Positions 22,720-34,437 of a DNA stretch of 64,000 nt are shown here, in pieces. Source of the stretch: an uncultured Rivularia sp. (GTDB lineage Bacteria; Cyanobacteriota; Cyanobacteriia; Cyanobacteriales; Nostocaceae). The stretch is from the NCBI GenBank assembly GCA_963665115.1, contig OY762007.1, forward strand, positions 6,848,001 to 6,912,000, written 5' to 3'. The stretch's first letter is position 1. Each line of letters opens with the position of its first letter. A program made the translations under genes and the position numbers. A model generated the notes under the pieces. That model saw nothing but the letters and a program-made list of their open reading frames with translations. It did not search any database and was not told the DNA's origin.

Positions 22720-24486
22720 TTACTCCATCTCCCCATCACCTTTATGGGGAAATTTTGGTAATTCTACAGATGCAAGGGATTTTCGCCCTTTAGGTGGACG
22801 TTTGGGATAAATCAATGGTGAAGGAGAATTATTATGGGAGTCTGTATCGCTTGTTATATCGAAAGCTGGGGCATTCTGGGATAAGTCAAAAGCTGGAAAA
22901 TGCGAAACTTCTTCCCAGTAATCTTGAATTTCATAATCTTGAGTTTCGTTGATACTACTGTCATTCATGGATGAGGTGAAAGTTACTGTATGCTCATCCT
23001 CAGTAAAGGAAGTTTGATGAGTTTCAACATTCACGACACCATCGTTATTAGTTCCACGAGGTTCGATAACAGTTTTCCAAACAGGAGCTTTATCTTCATC
23101 TTCATCGGTTTCTGTATCTTGCTCTTGGGGAGATTGTGAGGATACAGATTCTGTTTGAGAAGCAAAAAATGTTTGGATAACGCTGTCTAGTTGTTCTTCT
23201 AAATCGGATGGATCTGATGGGGGAACTACTTCAATAGTTGTTTGCTCGGTTGCCGAATCTAACGGAGGAATTACTCGATTGACAGTTATTTCCTCGGTTG
23301 CCGAATCTAACGGAGGAATTACTCGATCGACAGTTGTTTCCTCGGTTGCCGAATCGCGATCGCCTAAATCATTATTTACATTGTTATCTGTTTGAGTCTC
23401 GTCTGTATATTCGTCTTTGTTTATATCGGCATGAGCGGTAAATTCCCAAGTAGAAGATTCTTCGGGAATTGAATTTTCGCTGTCATTAGCTGCCAATGTT
23501 GTGAGATTTTCTTCCCAAAGGTCATTTTGTATCTTATAGGAATCTGCGGGAGCCGACCAAGGTTTAATCGACTGCATACTGCTTATACCTTTGGTTCGCT
23601 TAGGTTTATTTAACTGCGAATTATTTGTTAGATTGAGGAAATTACTGTCGCTATCATCAAAGGTATCGCAACCAGGAATTGATGTTTCCAAACTCTTTTC
23701 TAGGGCAGCTTTGAATTGTAAAGTTTGACGCTGCTGGCGCTTGAGTCTAGTGCGTAACTCCCGACAAGCATTTTCCGAGTGCGATAAAAGCCTCGTTTGT
23801 TCGCTGTACTTATTTTGGATCGAAGCACATTCTCTTTCCAACTGAGCCAGACGTTGCTGATTCAATTCGAGCTGTCCTCTATATGACTCAGCACGGCTTT
23901 CATGACGTTGAGCATTTTGTGCGGAATTTTCTAACTGTTCAAACAAAGATTGTATCTGTGCTTGAGCAGCGTTTAATTCCTGAGTTTGCTGTTTCAACAT
24001 CGATTCTGCAACTGTTGAACGCTTTCTTTGTCGCTGCAAAGCTGCTTCTGATTCGCTTAAAGCGGTAGTAAGTTGCTCCGCTTGCTCGTACAGTTGGTTG
24101 TTGGCGTTTTGTAATTCTCCGTTTAATTCCAGTAGTTTCTCAAATTCCGCATTAACTATCCCTTGTTGCTCGACGTTAGGTTCAGCAACCCAATCTGAGT
24201 CAGTTTCCTCATCGAATTGAGGCGATCGATCCTCTTGAGCATCAATAGTTATTTCGACTTCTGTATCAATATGTTCTGTGACTTCCTCTTCCTCCGAGTA
24301 ATCCGCAGCCGGAGACGGCAGGGATTCTTCAGTAGCTGGAGCTAGCAACAGTAATTCTCTCGCTTTATGTTCGCCAGCTAAAATCGAATAAAAAGGATTA
24401 ATCGTCCCTTCAGACGACTGTGGCGAATCAACATTTAAATTTTTAATATTAGCCCCATCATCCGGGGTTTGGGCTTCATACATCAC
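22720..24486 (-). CDS. Hypothetical acidic coiled-coil protein
   Basis: 588 aa; long heptad region; 16-aa repeat DSATEExTVxRVIPPL; ends SPSPLIYP..PKGRKSLASVELPKF. Confidence 0.85.
   Translation of the reverse strand: MMYEAQTPDDGANIKNLNVDSPQSSEGTINPFYSILAGEHKARELLLLAPATEESLPSPAADYSEEEEVTEHIDTEVEITIDAQEDRSPQFDEETDSDWVAEPNVEQQGIVNAEFEKLLELNGELQNANNQLYEQAEQLTTALSESEAALQRQRKRSTVAESMLKQQTQELNAAQAQIQSLFEQLENSAQNAQRHESRAESYRGQLELNQQRLAQLERECASIQNKYSEQTRLLSHSENACRELRTRLKRQQRQTLQFKAALEKSLETSIPGCDTFDDSDSNFLNLTNNSQLNKPKRTKGISSMQSIKPWSAPADSYKIQNDLWEENLTTLAANDSENSIPEESSTWEFTAHADINKDEYTDETQTDNNVNNDLGDRDSATEETTVDRVIPPLDSATEEITVNRVIPPLDSATEQTTIEVVPPSDPSDLEEQLDSVIQTFFASQTESVSSQSPQEQDTETDEDEDKAPVWKTVIEPRGTNNDGVVNVETHQTSFTEDEHTVTFTSSMNDSSINETQDYEIQDYWEEVSHFPAFDLSQNAPAFDITSDTDSHNNSPSPLIYPKRPPKGRKSLASVELPKFPHKGDGEME
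23224..23357 (-). repeat. 48-bp coding tandem repeat (about 3 copies)
   Basis: CTCGGTTGCCGAATC core recurs at 48-bp spacing. Confidence 0.85.
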
Positions 24487-24914
24487 TCTTCACCCACCAG
24501 CTTCAATTTGAAAGCAGACACAACGGTATAATTCTTCATTATTGATGCTGTCTTAACAAAATCTTCTCTTTAAGGCAAGACATACTTCCCCCGATACAAG
24601 TAATTAATTATCGGCTTTGTTGCCAAACACCCGTTAACAGCGCAAAAATCGAATTTGAGAAATATTTACAAATTCAATACAGTGCAAAACAATTGTCATC
24701 AAACAGCAATTTTTAATTAATTCACCGTGCTTCACAATTGCTTCAAATAATTTAGATATTGTATTCTAATGTAGCAAATTACTCCCCCCTATAGGCAAGT
24801 GATAGTTGTAACAGGGGGAGGGGGGAGATGGACAAGTAGCGAGTAAAGAGTAATGAGTAAAAAGTTGAATTTACAAGCGACTTACAACTTTTAACCCCTA
24901 ACTTATAACGATTA

Positions 24915-25031
24915 ACTCCCTACTCCCAACTCCCTACTCCTTACTCCTTACTCTCTACTCCCTACTCCCTACTCCCTACTCCCAACTCTCTACTCCCTAC
25001 TCCCAACTCCTTACTCTCTACTCCCAACTCC
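24915..25031. repeat. STRR heptamer tract (ACTCCCT/ACTCCCA)
   Basis: Tandem 7-mers. Confidence 0.92.
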
Positions 25032-26529
25032 TTAAGGAAGCCAACGAGGATAAAAACCTACGAAAGGAAGTTTTTCGGGTTTTAGTTCTGCGTTAAGATT
25101 ACCGTCGCTAATTGGTAATAAAGGCATTAACCATAAACTGCTTGTGCTAATTTCTTGCCCGTCGTCTGTTTTTAAAGGGTTTCGTGTAAATGAATTAGAA
25201 GTATCTGTTGTTGATACAATTTGGTCGAATAATAACCCCAAACCATCGGGAGACAAACTCATATGTAAGTCTCGTTTGTCGGAAGGTAATATTAATATTG
25301 GTTTCTGCTGTCCGGTTTTAAGATTAATTGCGACCAAATATGGCTGCTCTTGATATTCTTCTCCAGGTAATAACTGGGTTAATAAACAGTAAAGCGTGGG
25401 TGAGGCTGGATCGAATTCACACTTTAAAATTGAACCTGTAGTTTTTATTAGTTCTTTTTCAGTGCCTTGGTTATCTACTAAAAATAAGTCTCTTGTGTAA
25501 TCGGTGTTGAATTTGATTAAAACTGCTTGAGAGCCATCTTTAGAAAAAGCTTGCAGTACACCAAATTGTGGGAGAAAATCTAGAGGCTTGCTAGCGTCTG
25601 TTTGTATCGGCAGTATTGCCGTTCCTTTTCCTTGAGCAACTGCTACGGCTTGACTATCAGGAGTTATCAGAAAGTCTCCTCCTGGTTTCTTCGCTTTTTA
25701 TACGTTGGGGTTCGCCGTTTTTACTGTTATCTTCGACTGATAGAAACCATAGCCCAAAATCACTAGGATTATTTTTGTGTGCCCTTTGTAAAACTATAGT
25801 TTTTCCGTCGGGGGATAAGTCAAATTTAAGGATTTGATATTCTTTACTATCTAAAACTAAATCAACTTTACCTGGTGGTTTTGCCTTTGTTGCTTTATCT
25901 GCTTTAATACCTGTGGAAACTGTATATAGTTGAGCCGATAAAATATCTTGACTATTTCTTGTATGAGCCGAAAATAGAATTCTATCTCCTTGAGTGAATG
26001 GCTCAAAATCCAATACTATCAAGTCTTTAGGAGTTAATAATCTTTTATTCTGTTGGGTTAAGTTGTATAGAACTAGCCTTCCTCTTTCTTTATTTTCTGC
26101 ACCTAAGTAAAGAATAACTCTGTCGCGGGAAACAAAGTTACCTGTAAAAGGTTGGATAACTTTCTTTGTTCCTTTCGCAACAGCAAATTTATCTTTAGCA
26201 TCTTCTAACTTTACTTTATAATTTTCTCCGTAAGGGGCTGGAGTCAAAAGTGTATAAACCATTCTTCGTCCTGCCCAACTTATTTTTCCAGCCAAAGGTG
26301 GTTCGATTTTTAAATTATTTTCTACACTTTCAATGTCCATTGGACGACTAAAAGTAAGACCAAAAGATATATCTTCGGCTCCAATTTTTGAATTTTCCCA
26401 GCTAAAGTTGCGAACGCTTGGTTTAACCGCATCACCTTGCAATATTATCAATCCAATCAATACGGTTAATACTATTATTAGTGCTAAAGATGCTTTATCT
26501 AAGGGCTGAATATTTTTTTTGCTTATCAT
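25032..26529 (-). CDS. Membrane-anchored Ig-like (Big_5-type) plus beta-propeller protein, split by a +1 frameshift near 25688
   Basis: TM anchor, LTFSRPMD...PPLAG Ig-like motif, LSPDG propeller motifs. Removing one A gives ...PGGDFLITPDSQAVAVAQG, consistent with continuation into the downstream tail ORF. Confidence 0.8.
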
Positions 26530-26718
26530 TCTATTTTAGATTTTAGATTTTGGATTGATAGTTGTTAGTTAATAGTTGTTAGTTGATATTTGTTGAACAC
26601 TATCTCAGTAATTATGCTCTATATAAACGCTATAATATAACAGAATATAAGGCTCTATTACCTACTCTATTATGAATTTTAAAACATCTTCTACTAACCA
26701 TCAACCACTAACAACTAT

Positions 26719-27492
26719 CTAATAACTATAAGGATTTTTAGGTTGAGAAACTTTTTTCATAGAATTCGAGATAATTGTTAATTGGCGTTTTCCTGAAAGA
26801 GTTTGTGTTGCCATTTCTCCTTCTACTTCAAACCAACTATCTTTTTTAAATTCTTCTCTTGTTTGACCTTGTTTTAATTTTACGGGTAAGCCTACTGGGT
26901 AAGCATCTGCGGCACAACAAGTAAGCACAAATCGTGCTAAGAATAAATATTCATTCCCTAAATCTGGCGGGTGAATCACAAATCCTTTTACCTTTACTTT
27001 TTGTCCGGTATATGCATCTGGTTCTGGATAAACGCTCAACGTGCGCGTCCAATCTACTAAGGAACGTTGTTCGGGACGAACGGAAGTGCGGAATGACTGC
27101 GGTTGGAGACGAGAATTTGCTTGCCCGAATTCAGCTACCCCTCTTTGTATTGCTTTATCGCTGGCAAAAACTTGGGGTGCAACTGCAAACCCTAAAATTG
27201 CGACTACGATTAATAAAAAGCTACCCAAACGAGGGGGTATCAAGTTCATATGTTGAACATCCCGCTCGGCTTCGCGTTGTCGCAAAAGCTGCATTCCTTT
27301 AGTAATACCAATAATTATTAATACGATGCCAGCTACAACAACTAATGCAAAGTAATTAGGGTGAATAAGTAAATACAGCTGTTGTGAGAGCCAATATTTT
27401 AATAATAAAAATCCCCATGCCGTAATTGCAAGGACATCTAACCAAGGAAGTAAATTCTTTAAAGTTTTTGATGGACGTTTTCTGTAACTCAT
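26719..27492 (-). CDS. TIGR03943 / DUF1980 (YcgQ-like) putative permease subunit
   Basis: LYLLIHP, three TMs, GFV, RFVLTCCAADA, WFEVEG. Confidence 0.9.
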   Translation of the reverse strand: MSYRKRPSKTLKNLLPWLDVLAITAWGFLLLKYWLSQQLYLLIHPNYFALVVVAGIVLIIIGITKGMQLLRQREAERDVQHMNLIPPRLGSFLLIVVAILGFAVAPQVFASDKAIQRGVAEFGQANSRLQPQSFRTSVRPEQRSLVDWTRTLSVYPEPDAYTGQKVKVKGFVIHPPDLGNEYLFLARFVLTCCAADAYPVGLPVKLKQGQTREEFKKDSWFEVEGEMATQTLSGKRQLTIISNSMKKVSQPKNPYSY

Positions 27493-27627
27493 TGCCTATT
27501 GATTATGGGTGTGAGGAAGCGAACACATTAAAATCGATGGAAAGCGAAATTTACCATTAACACAGACACGGACTTAAATCATTTCACTCTCGAATTATCA
27601 ATGAATAATATATTAATATTGAACTTT

Positions 27628-28686
27628 TTAAATAAAATGTAAATTGACTATCAGACAAAACAAAAACGTTAATTGCGCTGCTAATACGAAGAGATAAATA
27701 ACTGCTTTAGGTTTAAATATTGATAGCATCAAGCCAATCCCTTTTAGGTCAATCATCGGACCAAAAACTAAAAAGGCTAATAAAGAACCGCTTGTAAAGC
27801 TCGAAGCAAAAGACAAAGCAAAGAAAGAATCAACAGTAGAACAAATAGATACAACTGTTGCTAGTACCAACATTGTAAGTATAGAAACAATTGGACCTAT
27901 ACCCAAACTGAGAATTAATTCGCGGGGTGCTAAAACTTGAATTGCTGCGGCGATCGCACTTCCTAAAACAAGTACTGCACCTAGTTCGCGTAATTCTTGT
28001 ATGGAATTTTCTATGACAAGTCGCATTTTGTCCCAGAAGGGTTTATTCGGACTATAAGCAGGAAGAGTAGCTTCGGTTGCCGCAGTTTCCATCCGCACGG
28101 CTTGCCCGCCAAGTTTGCCACCTAATAAATAAGTACCGGGCTTTAAGATGCTCGGTACTGCTGTTTCTTTTTCTAAGTCAGAACCTTCGAGAAGTCCTTT
28201 TGCCAAAGCTTTTTGCGGTTGATTAAATTTTAAATAGCGAGCAAGTGTTGGCTGAACTATAGGACTTAAGTCTTTTTGAAAGCTGAAAATGTAGCCGATA
28301 ATTGTGGCTATTAATAAAGAAAATACTACTCTTAATACTACTATTTCCGGCTGGTCGCGGAATGCAACCCATGTCACCCAAATTACAATTGGATTGATTG
28401 TTGGGGCTGCGAGCAAAAAACCAATAGCAAAAGGTGTAGGGGCACCCTGAGTTATCAATCGCCGCGCTACCGGAACGTTACCGCACTCGCACACGGGGAA
28501 CAAGAAACCCAAGAGACTTCCACAAACAGCTGCAAGTAAGGGATTTTTTGGGACTTTTTCTACCAGCGCCCGCTCGTCAACAAAAAACAGCAGCATACTG
28601 GAGAACAAAACTCCTATCAACAGAAAAGGAATCGCCTCCACTAACAAACTAAGGAATATGGTATAGCCATTGCTAAGTTGATTCAT
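27628..28686 (-). CDS. DUF318 / ArsP_1 (YcgR-like) permease
   Basis: EAIPFL, FPVCECGNVP, AAPTINP, SICSTVDSF, FGPMIDLK. Confidence 0.92.
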   Translation of the reverse strand: MNQLSNGYTIFLSLLVEAIPFLLIGVLFSSMLLFFVDERALVEKVPKNPLLAAVCGSLLGFLFPVCECGNVPVARRLITQGAPTPFAIGFLLAAPTINPIVIWVTWVAFRDQPEIVVLRVVFSLLIATIIGYIFSFQKDLSPIVQPTLARYLKFNQPQKALAKGLLEGSDLEKETAVPSILKPGTYLLGGKLGGQAVRMETAATEATLPAYSPNKPFWDKMRLVIENSIQELRELGAVLVLGSAIAAAIQVLAPRELILSLGIGPIVSILTMLVLATVVSICSTVDSFFALSFASSFTSGSLLAFLVFGPMIDLKGIGLMLSIFKPKAVIYLFVLAAQLTFLFCLIVNLHFI

Positions 28687-29761
28687 AGGTGTCGTTTATT
28701 TTGACTTTCAAGTCCGCTTTGATATTATCGGATATGTTTCGTTATTTTAGCGAAATCGGGAATACACGCACGTAGGTAAAGTAAACTATACATCATTTCT
28801 ATATTTATTCCCGCAAGTTTAGATAATTTTTCAGTAAATTACTTTTTCAATTAGCGCGGAAATAAACCGATCTTTTGATTTAGAAACCTTGAATAGCCTA
28901 TAACTCTATAACTAAGATTTAAACCCCGTACTATATGCATTTTGGTCTTTGTTCATGTGAAGATATTAAATCAGTTCTGGAAAAACAAAGAATCAATGAC
29001 TGAAAACGAATAAAAAACTTTACGGAATGTATTTCGATTTTTATTTATACCTCAAGAATAAAGAACATGACTTGGCTATATTGTTAGAGCATAATCTAAA
29101 TACAAATGGTTCCAACTTTATAGTTTAAGTTCTGAAGTAAGAAATTGTTATCAGTCTTTTTCTATACTTACAGTAATTTAACTTTATATGATGTCATCTT
29201 TGACGCATTTTTAGAAAAAGACAACCTATTGTTAAAGCTGATGGTATTCATCTTTCAAATTCTATTTGATGTGAGATTTACTCCGGCAAAAGTAATACTT
29301 AAGCTTTAGTATCATCTCCCGGAGGAAGTCTTAATACTGTTTTCTGCTTTACTCTGCGATTCTTGTTATGCCTTGCGATAGAGTTTTATAGCATCACAAA
29401 ATTTAATTCGGTCAAATATGCCTAAAAACAGCGAAAAAATCCGATCATAGCGAATATTTTTGGTTTTTGCTGTCGATTCAGCCCTATGCTCTTTGTTAAT
29501 AAATACAGATATAAAGTCTTTTTATTATTTAACAAATTAATATTCACTATTATTTACCTCAAGTTTCAATCCTTCGGATGAAGACATCAGGAAAAATTTA
29601 AGGGATGATATAAACAGTTGATTAAACAGAAAGTTTAGCAACTCTTAATTATTAAGATAAAGTTTAAATTGCGTCGGAAAGACAAAATACAAAATTTTAT
29701 CTTCATTTAATAAATAAAGAAGAGTTGTTTAGTGGTGGAGGAATTTAAAGGAATTTAAACT

Positions 29762-30217
29762 ATGAAAACTCAAATTATCGCAGCAGCAGCAGCATTAACT
29801 ACTATGTTTTTAGGCGCTCCTGTTCAAGCCGAAAAGCCTGTAGTATCGCAAGAAGCATTAGAGCTAACTGAAACAAGAGAATGTTACGCTTGTAATTTAA
29901 GAGGTGCCAATTTAAGAGGCGCTCATTTAATTGGTGTTGATTTAAGAAACGCTAATTTAAGGGGTGCTAACCTTGAATATGCTAATTTAAAAGGTGCTGA
30001 TTTGACAGGTGCTGATTTGAGAGGTGCCAATTTACAAGGTGCTTATATTAATGGCACAACTTTGGATAAAGCTGATTTGACTAATGCCAACTTGAGAAAT
30101 TCTCAGCTATACAGCGCTCAATTAGAAGATGCAACATTGGTTGGTGCGGATTTAGCTGGTGCGAACGTATTTAATACTTCAGTAGGTGTTGGTGGTCAAT
30201 ACCTCGAAGAACAATAA
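29762..30217 (+). CDS. Secreted pentapeptide-repeat protein
   Basis: Signal peptide ending PVQA, CxxC (CYAC), ANLRG repeats. Confidence 0.92.
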   Translation: MKTQIIAAAAALTTMFLGAPVQAEKPVVSQEALELTETRECYACNLRGANLRGAHLIGVDLRNANLRGANLEYANLKGADLTGADLRGANLQGAYINGTTLDKADLTNANLRNSQLYSAQLEDATLVGADLAGANVFNTSVGVGGQYLEEQ

Positions 30218-30307
30218 TAAGACTTTTAACTATTACGAATAATTTTATAAATAATTTTTATGTAGAGACGCAAAATTTCGCGTCTCTATTTTTGCGTTTC
30301 TACACTA

Positions 30308-31651
30308 TTATTCACCCGTAATCGACAAACCTTCAACCCAAATCCGGGGACAAACTCCTCCGGGAGTTAATTCTCCTTCCTTCTCAACAAAAACAATTGA
30401 TTTAAGAAGTTCGAGAAAATCTCCAGCTATAGTTGCCGAATCAATACTAGTTTTTTCTCCTTTATTGATCAACCAACCGTCAAAAGGTAAAGAGAATGAA
30501 CCTTGTAAAGCCCTGACTCCTGCATGAAGTGCCTGTAAATCATCAACCAAAATAACATTTTCAGCAGTGTCTAAACTAAACTGTTGTTCTGGTGCTTCAC
30601 TTGCAAAAACGTGATAAAAGTTAGGACTGATGGTAACTTTAGCACCGATATTAGCATTACCCGTCGGTTGAGCATTCATCCGCTTCGCAGTACCCGCACT
30701 ATGAAGAAAATTCTTCAAAACTCCGTTTTCAATTAACGATATCTGACGAGTAGGAGTACCTTCACCATCAAATGTTTCTGCACCAATATTTGCTGAATGC
30801 AGTGCATCATCGTAAAGCGAAAGCAAAGGAGAAGCGATTTCTTTATTTATATCGTCGGGAGTAGATAAGCTCTGCTTATCAAGAATACTTTGAGCGTTAA
30901 ATAAATTAGAAAAAGCACCGAGCAAGCTTAAAAAAGCATCTGGTGAAAACACAACCATATACTTACCAGTCGGAATTTTTCGATAATTCAAGTGACTGAT
31001 AGTCTTTTCGGCAGTTTCTTTGATGCAGCCATCAATATCTAAATCGTTAACGCCATAACTAATTCTAAAAGCACCACCACTACGCGGTTTTCTACCTTCC
31101 TGCTCAGTTTTACTGTAGAGAAAAACGGATGCCAAAGAGTGTGATTCGGCTCTCATTGCACCATCACTATTAAGATAAAATCGGTCAATTTCTCTTTGCG
31201 ACAAAGAATTATAAGGTACTCCCTTAATCGCTTCATGAGCAGCAAGTACTTCTTTTTCTGCTGCTAACAGACTATCTATCAAAGATGGAACCGGGGCTTG
31301 AGGGGCTTTTTCTTTAGATGTACCGTTGTTTATTGCAGCTTTAGCTTCGGGGCTAAAATCGGGTACATTTTCTTTGACACCAAACGTACTTGCTTCAAAT
31401 GCAGTTTTTAAAGCCAACTCCAACCCTTTGGAATCTACATCTGTAGTACTTGTGACACCCATCGTATTGTCTTTATTCCAGACTCTAACCGTGACACCAG
31501 AAAGATTGGTTGCTTTAACTTGCTTCGGCTCACCTTGGTCAACTTGAACGCTGGTTGAATCTACTGATGAACCGAAAATATCAAACTTTTTAATACCAAG
31601 TTTATTGGCACTTTCCTTCGCAGAAGCTGCTATTTCCTGTATGTTAGGCAT
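30308..31651 (-). CDS. pmbA: TldE/PmbA family protein
   Basis: FDGEG motif, no HExxxH, downstream of tldD. Confidence 0.85.
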   Translation of the reverse strand: MPNIQEIAASAKESANKLGIKKFDIFGSSVDSTSVQVDQGEPKQVKATNLSGVTVRVWNKDNTMGVTSTTDVDSKGLELALKTAFEASTFGVKENVPDFSPEAKAAINNGTSKEKAPQAPVPSLIDSLLAAEKEVLAAHEAIKGVPYNSLSQREIDRFYLNSDGAMRAESHSLASVFLYSKTEQEGRKPRSGGAFRISYGVNDLDIDGCIKETAEKTISHLNYRKIPTGKYMVVFSPDAFLSLLGAFSNLFNAQSILDKQSLSTPDDINKEIASPLLSLYDDALHSANIGAETFDGEGTPTRQISLIENGVLKNFLHSAGTAKRMNAQPTGNANIGAKVTISPNFYHVFASEAPEQQFSLDTAENVILVDDLQALHAGVRALQGSFSLPFDGWLINKGEKTSIDSATIAGDFLELLKSIVFVEKEGELTPGGVCPRIWVEGLSITGE

Positions 31652-31803
31652 AATTATTAATGAATAGGGAATAGGGAATAGGGAATTGGGAATAGGGAAT
31701 TGGGAATTGGAGAAGAAAGATGAAGGGATAATTCTTAACTCTTAACTCTTAACTGTACAGACGTAGCACTGCTACGTCTCTACACTCCTAACTCCTAACT
31801 CCC

Positions 31804-33277
31804 TTACCGTCCGCCAACGGTAATCGAATCAACTTTGATATGTGGCTGTCCTACAGTAGTATAAATGCTACCACTAACAGAGCCGCAGAAACCTGGTGCT
31901 AAAGACAAATCGCTCGAACACATGGAAATTTTATTCATGATTTCTTGAGCTTCGCCGATCAGAATAGCTCCTTTCAAAGGTTTCGTCATTTTACCGTTTT
32001 CAATCAAATAGGCTTCTTCTACACCAAAATTGAATTCACCAGTAGCACCTACACTACCACCGCCCATTTTCTTACAGTAGATACCTTTATCTATAGAGGC
32101 AAACAAATCATCTGTAGAGTTTTCGCCAGTAGCAATATAAGTATTTCGCATCCGACTAGCCGCAGCGTAAGTAAAATTCTGCCGTCTTCCGCTACCAGTT
32201 CTAGGATGTCCAGTACGTGTGGAACCAGTTCTATCTGCCAAGAAATTCTTGAGAATGCCTTTTTCAATTAATAAGGTTCTTTGGGCTGGCATACCTTCAT
32301 CATCCATATCAATGGTACCAAAGGCATTATCGGTACGTCCTTCATCCCAAGCAGTTAAAGCTTCATGAGCAATTTTTTCGCCTTTCTTATTAGCAAAAGG
32401 AGAAGTGTTGCGTTCAATTTGAGTAGTTTCGAGTAAATGTCCGCAAGCTTCGTGAAAGATGACTCCACCGAAGTGATTCGCCATAATAATCGGATAATTA
32501 CCCGATTCAACATAGTCAGCGTAAAGCATTTTTCCAGCAGATTCGCCAATTTGCTCTGCCGCTTGCTCGAAATCCCAAGTTTTGAGAAAATTAGGGTCGC
32601 TAGTGTTACCAGCACGTTCGGCGATAGAACTGCGATGAGCGCCATCAGCACACAACAAACTTAATGCTACCGATTGAGTTAAGCGGATATCGCGGGCAAA
32701 AGTTCCATCACTCGCAGCCACTAAAACTTCTTGCCAATCGCGGAAATAGGAAGCACGACGAGATTGAATATGACTCCCTTTATGCTGTAGTTGAGTAGTA
32801 CTATCAAGTAAAACTTCTCCCATTTCTCGCATGGAGGTACATAAAGGCAACCATGCATTTTTACCTCTCTTCGATGCGTAATCTTTAAATAATTCCAGGT
32901 TAATTTCCGCAATAAAAGCATTTGGTGCCGGTAATTGTAACCCTACAATCGCCAAAGCTTTTTCCAAAGCAGCTTTTAAACCATTGAACGTAATATCATT
33001 TGTGCTAACGTAACAATCAGCTTTACCGCGAAATACCCTTACTCCAGCACCCGTAGAAAGACGAGGAGTAATACTCGTAATAGTGTCCTCTTCTGCTAGG
33101 CAGCTAATATAATTTACGCGCTCTAAAAAGAATTCGATAAAGTCAGCACCCGCAGCACGTCCCCAAACCTAAGAGAGTAGATAAAGGTGCTGCCCAAGTT
33201 TCATCAAACTGCTCTTTTGTAGAAGAATATTGCAGATTGGGGAGTTGATTAGAAAGAAGCAGAGTACTAGTTTGCAT
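31804..33277 (-). CDS. tldD: TldD family metalloprotease, split by a +1 frameshift near 33163
   Basis: HEACGH, DDEG, SRMRNT, CGSVSG. Start [17 protein letters not shown] at 33277 joins through [13 protein letters not shown] when one G is removed. Confidence 0.92.
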
Positions 33278-33551
33278 GAGTTACCTTTTGGTGGAGAAGC
33301 GTTGTTTTAAGTTAGTTTTTGCAGTTCTTATTATGAACAAATTCAACAAACTGATAACAAACCTTTAGGGGCTGTGTATCATCTTAGCTAATATATATTC
33401 GGTTGTTAGAGTTATAACTAATAAAGATATAACGGGGGAGCAAAAGAAAAATATACAATCCTTTACTCAGAATTAGAGGGAGTAGGAAATAGGGAGTAGG
33501 GAGTAGGGAGTAGGGAGTAAGGAATTAAAAAGACCCGATCTACTTACGTTT

Positions 33552-34346
33552 CTACAATTCTTCGGGGTTAACGCCCAATTCTCGCAGTTTTGCAGCGAAT
33601 CGTTCGGCTCGTTGACTTTCTCGCTCGGCTCGTTGACTTTCTTGTTCGGCTCGTTGACTTTCTTGCTCAGCTCGTTGACTTTCTTGCTCGGCTGGAGTTA
33701 GTAGCCAACTACCATTATCTTCATACCAGCGCAACCACAAGCGTTCGATACCTTTATAACTACCTTGCCAAAGTCCCAAACCGATTTCCAATCCCGGCAT
33801 CCAAATACGTGGTTCTTCTAAATTTAGTTCCTTATAAGAATTAGCTTGAAGAACAAAGGCTCGTAAATGATCTGTATATCTATCAAATACGATGTAATAA
33901 GGAATTCTTAAAATTTGTTCGTAAACCTGCCACTTAGTCGGTGGTTTGTCTGTTTCTACTATACGTAAGCTTTGACCTAAATCTTCTTTCTCAGTTCCCG
34001 GAGAAATCAATTCTACCGCAACAAAAGGATTTATCCCCTCTTGCCAAACTACGTAACTTAAACGTAAATCTCTTTGTTCGTAAAGCCGAGAAATTCCGAC
34101 TACTGCAAACCAATCAGGACGTTTATACCATAAAGGATTGCGGGAATTATAGTAAAGATTTAAATCGCTGGCAACAAAAATTTCATCCGCAGTATAAGTC
34201 GGTGGACGAAAAGTTTCCTCCAACAATTGCGGTTGATAAATATGAAATTCGTCCGGCAAACCAGGTTCCTCTGGGTCTTCACTAGGTAAATCATACATTG
34301 TAGGAAGACTTTCTTTTGCAGGAATTGGTGGGTCTGTTTGGTACAT
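33552..34346 (-). CDS. Uma2 family (PD-(D/E)XK) endonuclease-like protein with coiled-coil tail
   Basis: LPTMYDLPSE, RPDWF, VELISPGT, LRIPYY; tail has 21-bp QRAEQES repeats. Confidence 0.92.
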   Translation of the reverse strand: MYQTDPPIPAKESLPTMYDLPSEDPEEPGLPDEFHIYQPQLLEETFRPPTYTADEIFVASDLNLYYNSRNPLWYKRPDWFAVVGISRLYEQRDLRLSYVVWQEGINPFVAVELISPGTEKEDLGQSLRIVETDKPPTKWQVYEQILRIPYYIVFDRYTDHLRAFVLQANSYKELNLEEPRIWMPGLEIGLGLWQGSYKGIERLWLRWYEDNGSWLLTPAEQESQRAEQESQRAEQESQRAERESQRAERFAAKLRELGVNPEEL

Positions 34347-34437
34347 ACGTGCTATGACCGTACTCGTCTAACTTGATGGTAGCTGATAAATGGGGGACAA
34401 GGGGATGGGGGGACAAGGAGAACTTTAACCTTTAACC

